Below, in pieces: positions 1 to 15,547 of a stretch of DNA of 64,000 nucleotides. Source of the DNA: the human T2T-CHM13v2.0 reference genome, Homo sapiens. Position numbers and translations under genes: made by a program. How positions within the stretch are numbered: the stretch's first letter is position 1; every line of letters begins with the position of its first letter. The notes below the pieces were generated by a model. It was given only the letters and a program-made list of their open reading frames with translations, searched no databases and was not told where the DNA came from. The stretch lies in NCBI RefSeq assembly GCF_009914755.1, contig NC_060925.1. One strand, written 5' to 3'.

Positions 1-460
1 ATACATTCATTTTCAGAGCAGAATTATTCGCAATAGCCAAAAAAGGGGCAAGTAACCCAAAGTCCATGGACAGATGAGTGGATAAACAATATGTGGTGTG
101 TGTAGACAATGGAACATTATCGAGTCTTTAAAAGGAAATTTCGGACACATGGGTGAAGCTCGAGAACATTATCCTAAGGGAAATAAGCCAGTCAAAAAGA
201 ACAAATCCTGTATGGGTCCACTTATAAAACGTACCTAGAGTAGTCAAATTCATAGAGATAGAAAATAGAATGGTGGTTGCCAGGGGCTAGGAGGAGCGGG
301 GAATGAGGAGTTAGTGCTTAAAGCGTCCAGACTTGCAGTTCAGGCAAATGAAGGTGTTCTGGAGATGGATGGTGGTGATAGTTGTACAACAATGTGAATA
401 TACTTAATACCACTTAGCTGTACACTTAAAAATATGTATATTTTACCACAATAAAAAGCA
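1..460 (+). mobile_element. Old LINE-1 3' end (L1MB-like)
   Basis: Typical L1MB 3' UTR text (gaaataagccagtca, gtagtcaaattcatagag, ggagatggatggtggtgat, gtacacttaaaaat) ending in aataaaaa. Confidence 0.8.
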
Positions 461-473
461 ATCGATTTTTAAA

Positions 474-768
<295 letters not shown>

Positions 769-1192
769 TAGATTTTTAACTATACAGAAAACAAATGCTA
801 GACAAGGCAGAGAGTTGTGAAGAGAAGAAAGCCAGGTAGGGAACAGTAGCGAGGGCTCATCACAGGCTCATCATGGGCCAAGCACTCAACTAGACTTCAC
901 ACATTTTTCGTTTCATCTAGGCTTCTCAATGACCCAGAAACGTTGATAGTATTACCCCAGGTGATATCAGGAGGTAAGTTTATGGATTTAATTGTCCACA
1001 AAATGTGTCATAGACAGTTACAAATTGGTTCAAAAGTTTTAGATAAAGTCAAGTGTGATAAATCCAGAATAAATTATTTAAGGAACTATAGAAATGAGGA
1101 GTGGGGGAGGCTAGGTATTTTAAAAATTTAAAAATTAATTCCACAGAGGAAAATAATGGCCCCGCACCAATTTTCTTTTAAAAGTTTGTTAT

Positions 1193-1312
1193 GGCTGGGC
1201 GCAGTGGCTCATGCCTGTAATCCCAGCACTTTGGGATGCCAAGGCAGGAGGATTGCTTGAGGCTGGGAGTTCAAGATCAACCTGGGCAACATGGCAAGTC
1301 TCCCTCACTAAA

Positions 1313-1354
<42 letters not shown>

Positions 1355-1367
1355 ATGAATAAAAATT
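1193..1367 (+). mobile_element. FLAM/Alu left monomer with (AAT)n tail
   Basis: Monomer ggctgggcgcagtggctc... followed by an (aat)n tail; TSD aaaagtttgtt on both sides. Confidence 0.85.
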
Positions 1368-2961
1368 AAAAGTTTGTTTTTTCATATTTCAGAAATAGTG
1401 AACAATTAAACATTTTATAACTATAGAATGTAAATAGGAAGATAAAGCCATACATAACCTCATCTCAGAGGTAAATTGCTAATATTTTGGTATATATCCT
1501 TCTAGTCTTTTCTCTGCATATGTATACAGATATTTTTTCCAAACTGGAAAACACCTGTAATGTGTATTTTTATATCCTGACTTTTAAATCTTCGCATATA
1601 AGGGAACTATTTTCTTACATTACTAAATATTCTTTAAAACATGATTTGTAATGATTTGCCATCATAAGGACAGGCCCAAATTTTACTAAACCACTCTTAT
1701 TTAGAGAGTTTTCTTTTCTCTCTTAAATAACACTGCAATGACATCAGTATACATACATCTTTAACCATAATCTCTAATTAGTTCCTTAGAAAGTATCCTA
1801 GAATCACACCAAGTGTTTTAATGCCACTGCCAGAGACAAAAAATTGGTCCAGAGAGACCTTGTTTTTGAACCAGAATGGTGAGTATACTTCTTATGTAAA
1901 GATGCATCTTTGGGTTATGCTCTTAAAAATTATCTGTGCCTCTCTTGGTCTATGATAGTTCAGATAAATAAATATATAACTTATTTATAGGTCAGCTACA
2001 TAAGTCATTGTTATATAGTATAGACCAATAAATCAGCATGTATTATTTTTCTTGGCATCTCATATTGCCTGACATATAGCAGGTATCCAATACATATTTG
2101 GTGAATGAATGTCTATTGAATGAAATCCTGCAAAAATAATGGCACTTTCAGCTTGAACATGAGGACCAAAAATTGGAAATGTGAAATTACAGCGCTTTCA
2201 CTTCAGTGGATGATTCACAGGCCCAGCTGGTTTCGTGCGTGTTTTATGAAGAGCAGTGTGCAGCGCTGTTCTGTAAGTATTGCAATCTGGGGGAATGGTC
2301 TCAGCGGGTTTAGAGCAAATCTTCTGGTGTAGGGTCTAACAAAGCAACTGCTCTCTGAGCCAGGGGAATGCTGGGCTTCTCTGGTGAGCAGCGTGGGTGG
2401 CCGCTTGTTCTCGGCTTTCCTCCCATTGTGTTCAGACAGCCTACGTTGCTCTTGTTTGCTCTGTGTCACTAGGGCCCTGGGGATAGCAAGAAATCTGTCC
2501 AGAAGTGTAAAACCACCCTTTTTATGAAACGAGAAAGTTGGAACAAGAACATTCAATGCGCTGACTGGCGATCTCAGAAAAGACACCCAGCAATGGCAAA
2601 ATATAAAACAAAAGGGTCATCTGAGATTTGGCATCCTAAATCACTTACTTCTCTCTATCAAAGGGAGCTCCATTTTCTATAAGCTGCTGCCTTTACACAC
2701 CCTCAACACAGATGTTTCTCCCTCTCCTCAGAGTTTGTAAAACTCACTCCATGAGGAAAGTTTCTGTCCTGCAGGTGGGTATAAGAGTGTGACCAGGAAG
2801 CACAGTATGGGATACAGAAGGCCACAAGGAATGGTGGAAAGGAAGATGACATGGAGAGAAAGGGAACCTGGGACTCAGTCTTGAATCTTTCTGAGTGACC
2901 TTGGTCAAGTCACCGAAGCATTCATTCAACAAACATTTGAGTGCTCAGTATATACTCCAGC

Positions 2962-3460
2962 AACGCTGTCCAAGAGAAATATAACAAAAGCCACACATGT
3001 AATTTAGAATTTTCTAATAGCCACCTTGAAACACAGTAAAAATAAGTAGGTAAAATTAATTTAAGTAGTATATTTTCTTTAACCCAGTATATTTGAAGTA
3101 TTGACATTTCATGATGTAGTCAATATAAGAAATTATTTAAGAGATATATTTACATAGTTTTTACCATACTACATCTTTAAAATGAAGTATATGTTTTATA
3201 CTTATGACACAACTCATCTCAAACACTACGTTTTCATCGGAAATAGTCAAGCTTTTTTAGGTTTCATACAGCTTACAGCTGAGAAAGGACATTCCCATAC
3301 ATAAATTATTCCAAATATACTTAAAAGTTTTTCAATAATAAAATCAGACTTTACATTAAAATTAAAACACAATGAAAAATTCATTTCCTCCATCTCATTA
3401 ACCACATTTCAAGTGCTCAGTAGTCATATATAGCTAGTGGTTACTATACTGGATCACTCA
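2962..3460. mobile_element. hAT-Charlie DNA transposon relic (MER33/Charlie1-like)
   Basis: Ends cgctgtccaagagaaatataa...agccaca and ccacatttcaagtgctcagtagtcatatatagctagtgg match my recollection of MER33-type termini. Confidence 0.7.
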
Positions 3461-3944
3461 GTTCTAGAGCTCATTGAACTCTGCCCTCTAGATTTCAATC
3501 CAATGAGGAATTAAGACCAAAAAAAAAATATATCTAGCGACTACAATATAAGAAGCCTTTTTATCTAAAACTTATCTGGATGTATCTAAAGACTTATCTA
3601 TTCTTGTCTTGAAACTAGAGGTCTGTAGGTTAATTTTTAGCTAGTTTAGTTAGGAGTCATAAAAATGATACCTAACTTAAAACATTTTTCAAACTTAAAA
3701 TACATAAAGGTATGACAATTCATCAATCTTATGTGACCAAAGGATCTCCGAATAAGAATTTACTGATGGAATTTTGAGTTGCTTTCCTTGCATGTGTCAG
3801 ATCCATTGTGCAGGAACAATAATTTTCAATAGGGAAAAAATTCCAAGTTGTAAATGAAGGCCAAGGTCAAGGACTGGCTACAGCCAGTGTAGAAGCCACA
3901 TGGGCATGGTTCATTAATGGTAAATGTGGCAAACACTGTTCACT

Positions 3945-4330
3945 GCCTACTCATCCACCATCCTCACTTTCTTCTCTGCCAGACAGAACTCTGGTTCTAT
4001 TCAGTTAGTAAATGGGGATCCCTTGATCTTATCAAAGCTGTGCACAGTCTATGCCAGCCCAGGGAAGAATCACGATTGGCTTAAACCTTTGCCAGTAATT
4101 GCCTAGGGGTAGGCATAAGAGTTAGTTCTGGCCAGTGAGATTTCAGGGTAAATCTTTTTTCAAAGACTTTCTCCCTAAATGGAGAGAGTTCACAAGGAGA
4201 ACATGTTTGGCCCTCGCCCCTTTCTTTATGTTCGAAATGCAGCTCTGTAAGGAGTTGCAGCTGCAATCTTAGGCCCATGGGGACATTAGCCTAAGACTAC
4301 TTGAGACAGCTCTTCTACAGTTTGTTGTAC
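3945..4330. mobile_element. Ancient ERVL LTR fragment (LTR16-like)
   Basis: Motifs agttctggccagtgagat and ggagttgcagctgcaatctt...catggg resemble the LTR16 family. Confidence 0.5.
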
Positions 4331-5332
4331 ATAATGAGAACTCAGTAAGTCATCACTAAGCATGAGAATTTGTCTTTTCCTTTACAATTTTATTGACTTA
4401 CCCAGGTTCCTTTGAGGCCCATCTCTTCCATAAACCCTCTGTGATCCCTCCAGCCTGCAGGGGTACTCCCTCTTGCAGGCCCATAGTACTTACTTAATTG
4501 ATACTTAATCATATACTATCTTGAAACACTCTTCATTTCTTTATCCTAACTTGACTTTTTATATGTCTAACTATGTTGAGGGCAGACCCCATGTGTTCTT
4601 CTTTGTATCTTCCATCACATCTAGCAACATCCAGGTACTGGGCTGCTGTTCAAAAATATCTATAAAAGAAGTCAGTGAAAGAATAAAAGAGTAAAGACAG
4701 ACATCCTCACTCTCTTGATCATGGAGTGGTATTTACCTTAAATAGCACTTAAGCCAGTTGCAAATTGATGGTCTAGGTTACTATTATTATATCGCATAGA
4801 TTCTCAGGTTCTACTTCAATATTTGATCCAATGTTTATCCCTATTTTTAAATTTTGGATTAAAATTACCAATTTTGGATTCATGGTATTCTTACTCACTT
4901 TACTGATGCTCTAGTTTTTTCCCCCTATATTTCTTTTACTCAGATTGCAAAGAACTTATTCTAAATCTCTTTCCATTTCTTCCTTGAAAATTCTCCCTTC
5001 TTACATTTCTGCCACCTAGGGACAAATGTACTTCAAATATTCCTTGGAACTCTGTTCTACTATCCCCTCCACTTCCCAAATGTGGTAGTCTCTGAAGGCC
5101 TGGACAGAGAGGGAAGGCCTGACCACAGTGCCTATAGTTGGTTAGTTCAAAATGGAACCAAAGCTAGTGTGTGGCAGCCAAGAATTGCAGCAGCCTAAGT
5201 CCCCAGGGCATGCTGACGTACAAACATGGGAAGCCAAGGGCCTACGCCAGTTTCTAGAGGCAAACAGAAGGGATCAAAGGTCAGCAGCTCTGCAGAAGCT
5301 GGAGCAAAGTGGAAGCCAACTAGAAATGCAGC

Positions 5333-5426
5333 GCACCAGCATGGCACATGTATACATATGTAACTAACCTGCACAATGTGCACATGTACCCTAAAACTTA
5401 AAGTATAATTAAAAAAAAATAAAAAA
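5333..5426 (+). mobile_element. Severely 5'-truncated young L1 (L1PA2/L1HS-like 3' end)
   Basis: gcaccagcatggcacatgtatacatatgtaactaacctgcacaatgtgcacatgtaccctaaaacttaaagtataat plus A-tail; TSD agaaatgcagc at 5322-5332 and 5427-5437. Confidence 0.92.
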
Positions 5427-7354
5427 AGAAATGCAGCAAAAAACTTTCCAGGCAGTTCCAAGAAGAGCATTGGAAGGGCCTCACTCTCCATTATCAGTCA
5501 GAAGCCACATGGCACATGGAAGTGTTTCCCCTGCATGCACAAAGGGAAAAATGAGAGAATGCTTCCTAGTACATCTTCTTTTCCCAGGCTCACATTTTTT
5601 ATAGTTAACTTAGGCTATTTTATTTATTAAACAAAGTTAATTGCCTCCATATCCTCTGAGGACTGGGCTGCTCCAGAGTCAGCTGGCCCCTTGCCTGGCT
5701 GCCTGCACATTTGCAACTGAAGGACACCATCAGTTTGGACATGTCAAGGATGCCAGTAGGATGGTGGTTTCCCTAGGCTGTTTGCCTGCTGGAGAGCCTC
5801 TAACATGCCTGCAAGGAGGGGAAAACAGAGAGAGAGAGAAAGGCAATAAAATGTGGAAAAAAACAGATCTATATCTAGTCCTAGAACAGCAGCAATGTCC
5901 AGAGGGCAGCCAAAAGCCCAGTGAAGCAAGTAAAAGATAACAGACTGCAAGCAGCAGGCAGCAACTGACAGATTTCTCAGAGCAGGCAGGAGGTAGTCTG
6001 AGCAATTATACAGGGATAAAGCTGAGACCCACAGAGGCAATGAAAAGAGATGGAACAATGCCAACAAAGGCTTGAGGGTAAAAGGAGCATCACAGGGAAA
6101 TAGGAACAAAGCTTCATGTGAGCCATTAGATACCAGATAAAGAAAGTTCCAGATCGATAAGACATATTGGGTCATCTAAGAGGAAGGGAGGATGATGGGA
6201 ATGGATTTTTCAGGACAAGTGTTTTAAAAACCTTGTTTTATCTAAAAAAAATAAAGATGAGCTCAAAATGAGATCACTGGGGACTGTCACTTCAGCCCAC
6301 AGCTGCCATAGTATAGGAGGGGGGGCAAGGACTTCTAGAAGTGCAAAGTCACCCCATTGACTCATTGAGGGGACTCCCTGAGGTGTTAGACATCTGTTAC
6401 TGGTGGCCCTGGATTGGGCTGCTGGCTGCAGTGTAAGGGAACAATGTGGCAGGACAAAGGGAGAATTCTGGTTTCTGAATGCAGCAAGGAAGATCTTAAT
6501 CTATAAGGAAAGTGGCCAGTCGCTAGGAAGACAGTCCGTCCACGGATAGAGAGGCTCATGGCAAGGGCAGGCTCAGGGGAGGCAATTTGATTGATTTGAT
6601 GGAACACTTAATGTTATCTATGTAGGTGACAGTGACTCTCCCTGTTTTTACCAGGAAATTTCTATGAGGGCATGGGTTTGTTTAGGTATGCAATACTCAG
6701 CACTCGTTTGGCACTTAGCCTCCCTCTCCTCCCTTAACCTTCTGCCACATCCTCTGGCCCATTTCCAAACCTGGATCATTTCCATGATCCCTTTTTCCCT
6801 TATCCTGGGGCCCTGAGCCCTGGCCTGCCACACGTCCACTGTGAGGCCTGGACAGCCTAGAGCCTGCTAATGATTTTTCGTCCATTTCTAAGCCCACTTG
6901 CCACAAACTTTTTTAAGTGTCTGCTCTCAAGTGAGCTTCATTTTAATAAAAAGGAGTTCCTTCTATTTCCACCCCCTCTCCTCCAGCACACAAATGCCCC
7001 CAGGTCCTTTACTTGTCTTTTAACTTTGATCATCTCTCCTCCCGTTATCTCCCAATTGGATCCCTTTCAGCAAATGCTGTCAATCTTCTCTTTCCCTTTC
7101 CCCTGCTCTGGTCAGCAGATAACATCATGTCAGCTTCAGGTATTACATAATCTGACATCCTCTCTTCTTCGTAGTCCTCTGTTTCTCCCCTCTCTTTCTC
7201 ATGCCTGCCTCCTCCAAGCCTTGCACTGTTTCATAGTCCCCCAAATCCCTCATCATCCCCTTGACTTTCTTCTCCTATACGTAAAAGAGAGGTTTTCCGC
7301 TTTAGCTGTGTTTTAGATCACCTGAAGAGCTTCTAAAAAGTATTGAAATCCCTA

Positions 7355-8045
<691 letters not shown>

Positions 8046-9339
8046 AACTCTTTTTTTAAAGTATGGATACCTGTTCTCCACTCCAGATCCCCTAAATCAT
8101 AATCTCCAGAGTGGTGAATGTTTTCTATTCATTCAATTGACAGTGACTCTGTGCCACGCCCTGTGCTGGGGGCTGGGGATACAGACATGAAGCGCACAAC
8201 ATCCCCTTGTTGAAGAGTTCACAGCCTAGGGAAGAGAGCAAGCACTTTGCATACAGTTGGCAAGATGAGTGATGAGAGAGGAGTGTTCAACCTGGGATCA
8301 GAGGCTGGTGGGTGGACAGCACCTAAAGATTCCTGGAGGTGGCGTTGTTATCTCCACTTCCTGCAATCCCTCCTGCTTTCCCTTGCTCCTTGCAATCTTG
8401 CAATCTGTCTGTTAAAATATTTGACTGGTTTAAATGCTCCACCCCATCCCCATGTATATATTAACCTTTATGTGGGTTTATAATGCATTCCTAATTGCAA
8501 AACACTGTGGTGGCATGTTCCATGTGGCAGAGATAATGCTATGGGTTTGCCCACTCTTGTGTTATTTTCCTCTTTCCTGGGCACTCAGGCACAGATTTTT
8601 TCTCCACCCTCCCTCTTAGGTTGAGGCCACGTGCCTAGATTTTGGCCAATGACGTGTGAGGAGAAGGGATGCAGGCCACTGCCAAGTCAGACCCTTGTCA
8701 AAACCTCCATCCCCTGTCCTCTCCTCCCCTTCTTTGGCATCAATGCAAACTCTTGCTTTATAAGGACAAACCTCGAGGTAGAGAAGGGTCTCATGACCAG
8801 AACTGGTCTTGCTGTGAGTGAAAAACAAACTTTTATTAGGTTAAACCACCTGAGAGTTTAGGGTTTTCTGTTGCAGCTGCTGGCTTTAAATACCCTAATA
8901 AGTTCTCCATCTCTATTCCTTCATTCAATCATCACTTTATTTATTATTTTTTAAATTTTTAGCCCTGATTGTCTTCCTGGCATATAGCTGTGGGCATTCT
9001 CATTACCCTTATTTTCTCTTAGAATCCAACTGGGAATTGTCCTCCTGAAAGGTGCTGGAAGTCTCGGCCACAGGGTTTCTGCTGGTTTTCCCCTTCCTCC
9101 ATGATGTGCGGCATTCTCCTCCTTTCCTCACTTATGAAACAAAGGCATTTCCCAATAGTTTTACTCTGGGTTTCTCTCCCTCTCTAACACTATTGTGTCG
9201 GTTGAAGGAGAATCAGGAGGAGGTAGGGACAGCCTCACACAGCGGGAGGATCCCTTGAAACCAGGAGTTCGAGACCAGTCTGAGCAACATGGTAAGAACT
9301 CATCACTAAAATTATGCCAGGCTTGGTGGCACACCTGTA

Positions 9340-9665
9340 ATCCCACCTATAGAAGGAGAGGGGAAAGGAGGACTGGCTAGGAAGAGTGCCAGGTTGCTGT
9401 GCACCTCTGAGAAAGAGTGGACCAGGCTGCTGAGCTCCTGAGCAGAGTGCTTGTCAGAAGACTCCCATGTTGAGCAGGAATGGCTTGGCTCTAGTACCTT
9501 TGCCATGCTCTGACATTGGCTGGGAGCAGCCTGGGGAGTGTCGCCTCAGTAGGAATGCTGCAGTTGAACCCCAAAGGGGCAGCAGCTACAGGCTGTCAGC
9601 TACTACACTCCTCCCATTCTGGTTCTCTCTAAGGAGATCTGGGGGTACTCCCAGGCTGCCACATG
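9340..9665. mobile_element. MaLR LTR fragment (MLT1-like)
   Basis: cattggctgggagcagcctggggag...gggggcagcagct...ggagatctggggg motifs typical of MLT1H/K-type LTRs. Confidence 0.55.
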
Positions 9666-9979
9666 TGTCCACTTGCCCTGCTTCTTTGTTGCACTTCTCC
9701 TGTGGGAGGCTCATTAGTTCCAGTGTATCTACTAACACTTGATATCCCAGGAGAGTTAAGTGTGAGACTCAGACCATGAGTAAGAGCATACTTTGTATAC
9801 ATGGTTCACTTCAATCTTTGCCTTCTCTGTGAAGCTGTCCTCCCCCCACCCACCCCCATTCCATAACACTTGTGTACCCACTATCATCTCTGCACTTGCC
9901 AAATTCTAGGTTTTGAAAAATGTAAACCCTACTTTCCCCAATGGTTTGTGAGCATATTTGTAAAATATGTAAACAAGTA

Positions 9980-10472
<493 letters not shown>

Positions 10473-11692
10473 TTATCTTTGCATCCTTATAGCCTGATAC
10501 TATGTGAGACATACAGTCGGAGCTCAATTGCATTGTTTGTTGAATAAATTTTAGTATTAGAAATAATTACTGGGCTTACCATGGAAAGTGTGGAAAACTG
10601 AATCAGCTGAGAGCAAAGGAGTTGCTTTCAAGTCCTAGCTCCAATGTTTAGAAGCTCCGTGAACTTGGGCGAGTTACTTAACATCTTTGACTCTCATTGT
10701 CTTGTCCATGAAAAAAGGAAGTGACCTTAATGAAGTCCCCACTCAGAAGCAGGCATTTCACACATGGTAACTCACTTAATAGGAGTTACCTGCCCATCCC
10801 AGTGATAAAGCTATTGTGAGGATCAGCAAAACGTCAGATGGGAAAGCATCAGGCAAATGCTAAAGCTCTGTAAGGATGTAAGATAGGACATTTTTACCAC
10901 CTCTGTACACACAAATCCCAAATCTTCATTTCTACCCCAGCCTACGTCCCGAGTTCCAGGCTGGAATCCCAGATCAAAGCAAATGCCTTATCAGTAATTA
11001 CTTCTTGCCACATCAGACCCTAAGTCATTCTTTTGGGCCCCGTCTTACGCTATTTCCCTATAAGGCAGACCCTCTGCAGGGTTCGAAAAGGCCTAATTCT
11101 GTGAGCAAGACTGCACCTGCCCAGACTGAGCTTTTGCTCACGATTGTCCTCTGTTTGGGGAAACGTCATCTCTCTCTCTGCCTACAGAAATCTTGCTATA
11201 TTTAAAAGCCAATCTCAGATCCTACCCCTAGCAAAGTGCTGTCTCGTTATTCTCACTCCTACAACAGCCACTAGTAGTACTATTAATATCACTACAATTA
11301 CTAACATCTAGTTAAAAGACTGCCTGGGTTTGTATTCCTTAATTCTGCCATTTACTAGTTGTCTGACCTTGAGCAAGTCGATTAACGTATTTACATTTTA
11401 GTTTCCTCATCTGTAAAATAGGCATAAAAATCCTCCCATCTCACAGGGGTATTATGATGACCAAATGAATTAATACAGATAATATGTACTACAATGGTTT
11501 CTATTTGATAGGAGATAAAATGACTGTCTGCACCTCAAATGTAGCACTTAATTAACAAGATATTTCCATGTGACAGGGTTAATTTTATTATGCTTTAACT
11601 ATGGTTGGGTACTATGCTAGTCATTTTACCTGTATTAACTTATTCATGTCTTACTATGATCCAAGTCCCTACTTTTTTAAAAAAAGAAAACC

Positions 11693-11850
11693 GGCCAGGT
11701 GTGGTGGCTCATGCCTGTAATGCTAGCACTTTGGGAGGCCAAGGCAGGTGAATCACCTGAGCTCGGGCATTTGAGACCAGCCTGGGCAACATAACGAGAC
11801 CTCATCTCTATTTTTAAAAAAATGAATAAATAAAAATAAAAATAAAAAAC
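11693..11850 (+). mobile_element. FLAM-type Alu monomer inside a MIR
   Basis: Left-monomer sequence with an (A4T)n tail; MIR core (gaaactgaggcacaga) resumes afterwards. Confidence 0.8.
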
Positions 11851-13019
11851 AAGAAAACTGAGGCACAGAAAGTAAAGCAATTCACTCAAGGTCATGAATC
11901 TAGTTAGTTTCTACAAACTTCAAATTTAACTCCAAATTCTGTACATTGATACTACACCACACTATCTCTTTAATGTGTGTAAGTCTTAACAACCAGATTG
12001 CTGGTGGCAGTGCCTGTCTGCACTTCTTGCTACTTGAGCCTGTCTCTCAAGCACCATAATAACTACTTGATAAATACATTTTCATTTATTGATTAGTTCA
12101 TGCCACATTTATTAAGTATCTCAGTGGCAGGCAGGCAGAAAGGTAAAGCACAAGTTCTATCTAAGTAGGAAATACTATTATGGTATATTATATATTATAG
12201 TATGTATACACACACACATATATAACATATGTTATAGTACAGGATATCACAGACAGTGGAAGCACAATAAAATGAGCAATCAATTGATCAATTCAGTACA
12301 CATCAAATAGCACCATGTACAAATGCCCAAAACAGAAACTACCCAAGAAAACACTGCTTAGCAATAGCCTACCTAGAAACATTAAATTAGCAAGCGAAAC
12401 TTGCAGGTCTCCTGCAAGAAGGGTGAAGTCCTCCCTTACCCTTCTTGAATTGCAAAATGCTGTAAACAGATCTCCAGCAATGTTTTTGATGACCAATCCA
12501 GGGTAAGGAGACTGCCAGGAAGACAGCTGCCTCCTCTGCTGACTCTTACTCATTACCTACTGACGGAGCACTTCTCCACTCTAGACCACAGCCACAGGAG
12601 TAAATAACCCTCAATCAACAGAGGAGTTTAGCTGAAGTGGGCACACTAGGTGGAAGGAAGGGATGTTATATACCTGGCACTAAGCATGCATTCTATGATG
12701 AGATCCTCACTGTACTCTCCGGATGGTCATTTCTAACACTTTCCTCAAACCTCCTACTCCTCCCCACTTCCACTGATGGCCTCAGCTGTACTTTATTGAG
12801 AAAATGAAAATTTTTAGAAGAAAATTGCTTCATCTTCCCACCACTGAGTTCCTAAGTTTAACTGAATCTGGGTCCATTTTCTCCTTCTTCCCTCTTGTTA
12901 CTGTGCAGAAAGGGACCCTCCCACCAACAAAGGCTGATCCCTTCACTTGCTCTAGAAGCCATCCTCTCTTCTCCCAGGGACTTTGTTCCTTTTTGGTTCC
13001 CTTTTTTCTTCAATCATTA

Positions 13020-13032
13020 TTCTCTCTCTCTC

Positions 13033-13086
<54 letters not shown>

Positions 13087-13087
13087 C
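13020..13087. repeat. (TC)n microsatellite
   Basis: Visible tctctc run. Confidence 0.95.
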
Positions 13088-13259
13088 TTGTCTGTCTAGT
13101 AAGTCATTCTTATTGGCATATCATGTTCTAGTACCTCCTATATTTAAAAACAAGCAAAAGCCTTAACATCACATTCTTTCTTAGCTGATACCTTGATTTT
13201 CTAAGGTTGTCTACATATGTCCACATTTCTTCTCCCCATTTGCTCATTTCTCCCTATTA

Positions 13260-15010
13260 TTTTACATTTTAATTGAACACACAGAAAAACTACATAACCA
13301 TCACCACTATTCAAGGTTCTTACGGGCATCCCTCAGATTCTGTCTCCCTACATCCCCTCCAAAGGTAACCACTATCCTAAATTTTGTTTTTTTAATCACT
13401 CGCTTGATTTTTTTCTTAATCAGATTTGCTATCAGATAACTTACCTGCAGTAAATTCACATAATTTAAAAGTACATGCTGGGCATGGTGGCACATGCCTG
13501 TAGTCCCAGCTACTTGGGAGGCTGAGGCAGGAGGATTTCTTGAGCCCAGGAGTTTGAAGTCAGCTGGGGCAACATAGTGAGACCCCATGTCTAAAAAAAT
13601 ACAATGCAATGAATTTTGCTACATATATGCCATCATGTAATCACCACCACAGTAATGATCCAGAACATTTCTTTCATCCCAAAAAGTTTTCTCTTGCTTC
13701 TTCGCTCGTCAATTTTTATCCCTACCCTCAGCCACTAGCAAACACTAATTTCTGCAACTAGTGTCTTACCTTTTTTAGGATTTTATATAAATGGAATCAT
13801 ATAGTATGTAGTCTTTTGTGTTTGACCTCCTTCAGTCAGCATAATGCTTTTGAGATTCATCTATGCTATTGTATGTGGTAATAGTTCATTCCTTATGCTG
13901 AAGAGTATTACACTATATGGATATACCACAATGTGTTTATCCATTTGCAGTTGAGAGACATTTGGGTTGTTTGCAGTTTTAGTTTATCATGACGAATGCT
14001 GCTTTGACTATTCAAGTACAGGTCTTTATGTGAACATATGTTTTCCTGTCTCTTGGATGAATACCCAGGGATGGGATTGCTGGGTTGTTTGGAAAGTGTA
14101 TGTTTCACTTTATAAGAAACTATCAAGCTTTTTCCAAAGTGGTTGCACCATTTTTTCATCTCCACCAGCAGTGTATGAGAGTTTTGGGTGCTCCTCATCA
14201 ACATTTGGTATGATCAATTTTCCTTTTTTTTTTTTTAACCTTAGCCATCCTAGTTACTATATAGGGATATCACACTGTGGTTTTAATTTGCATTGTTCTA
14301 CTAACTAATAATGTCGAATATCTTTTTATGTGTTTGTCATCAATATATTTTCTTTGATAAAGTATCTTTTCATATCTTTTGCTCATTTTTAAAATTAGAT
14401 TTTTGTCTTCTTAAGTTGTAAGAGTTCTTTATATATTCTAGATACAAGTCTTTTATCAAATATTTGTTTCGCAGTTTTCTCCCAGTCTGTGGTTTGCCTT
14501 TCCATTTTCTTAACAATGTCTTTCAAAGAACAAATGTTTTAAAATTTTAAAATATTATTTTTAAACATTTTTAAGTGTTACCAATTTTTTTCTTTTATGG
14601 CTTTTTGTATCCCATCTTAAAAATCTTTGCCTACTTCAAAGTTATTCCAATAATCTGCTAAATTGTTTTTCCTATAAGTTTAATAGTTTTAGCTTTTATA
14701 TTTAGGTCTATGACCCATTTCAAGTGAATTTTTGTGTATGGGGTAAGTTAAGGGCCTATTGCTTTAACACTATTTTTTGGAAAAATTATTATTTCCACAT
14801 TGAAATACCTTGGCACTTATGTCAAAAATCAATTGACCATATATGAGTGGGCCCATTTCTGCGTCTCTACTCTTTTCAGTTAATCTTTATGTGTTTCTTT
14901 ATGCCAATACCATAACATTTGTAGAGTAAGTCTTGGAGTCATGTAGAGTAAGTTTGTTTTACTTTTTCAAAATTATTTGACTATTTTAGGTCCTTTGTAT
15001 TTCCATCTGA
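13260..15010 (-). mobile_element. Old L1M (3' ORF2/3' UTR) with embedded FLAM (~13477-13600)
   Basis: Antisense L1 motifs (aatggaatcatatagtatgt, ttttccaaagtggttgcaccat, aaaatcaattgaccatat); ORF 13908-14204 resembles a degenerate ORF2 C-terminus. Confidence 0.8.
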
Positions 15011-15547
15011 ATAAGCTGGTCAATTTCTACCAAAAAAAAAAATTTCTGCTTGGAGACTCTACTTTCTGTAATGGTGGCATGGAGAAGAGGTAGAGAAGTT
15101 TCTTTCCACAGCAAACAATTATAAAGCTGGACAAAATTATTAACAACAACCATTTTGGAGCACTGGTAAATGACCAAAGTCAAGTAACAATTTTAGAAGT
15201 TTTACTCATGAAAATTTCACCACACCAAATAAGAAGACTGAGTCTGTGGCCTTCTTTGTTCTGGACACGGCACAGGGGGCATTCCTATGCAAATATCCAT
15301 GTTGAATAGCAAGAACCTACAGTTTTAATGGCTGGAAGTGGTTGTCTTGGTTTGAGAAGGGTGGCGGAACAGCTAATATGGAAGAATTGTATTAACAGAC
15401 CTGAGAGAGCCATAGAAAGACTGATATAATAAAATCTCCACATATCTCTGGATAAATGCTAAGCTATGTGTGCATCCCAAAGAGCCCAGTTAAAGTTAAA
15501 AGTCTGAAAAGACTTGAAAGTCTGCTGTACCTTTAAATGTGCTCCTC

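Noticed and set aside
12293-12553. Overlapping short ORFs, an 8-bp hairpin (12400-12418) and a donor-like GGTAAG
   Set aside because: No recognisable homology, acceptor or partner exon; compatible with chance.
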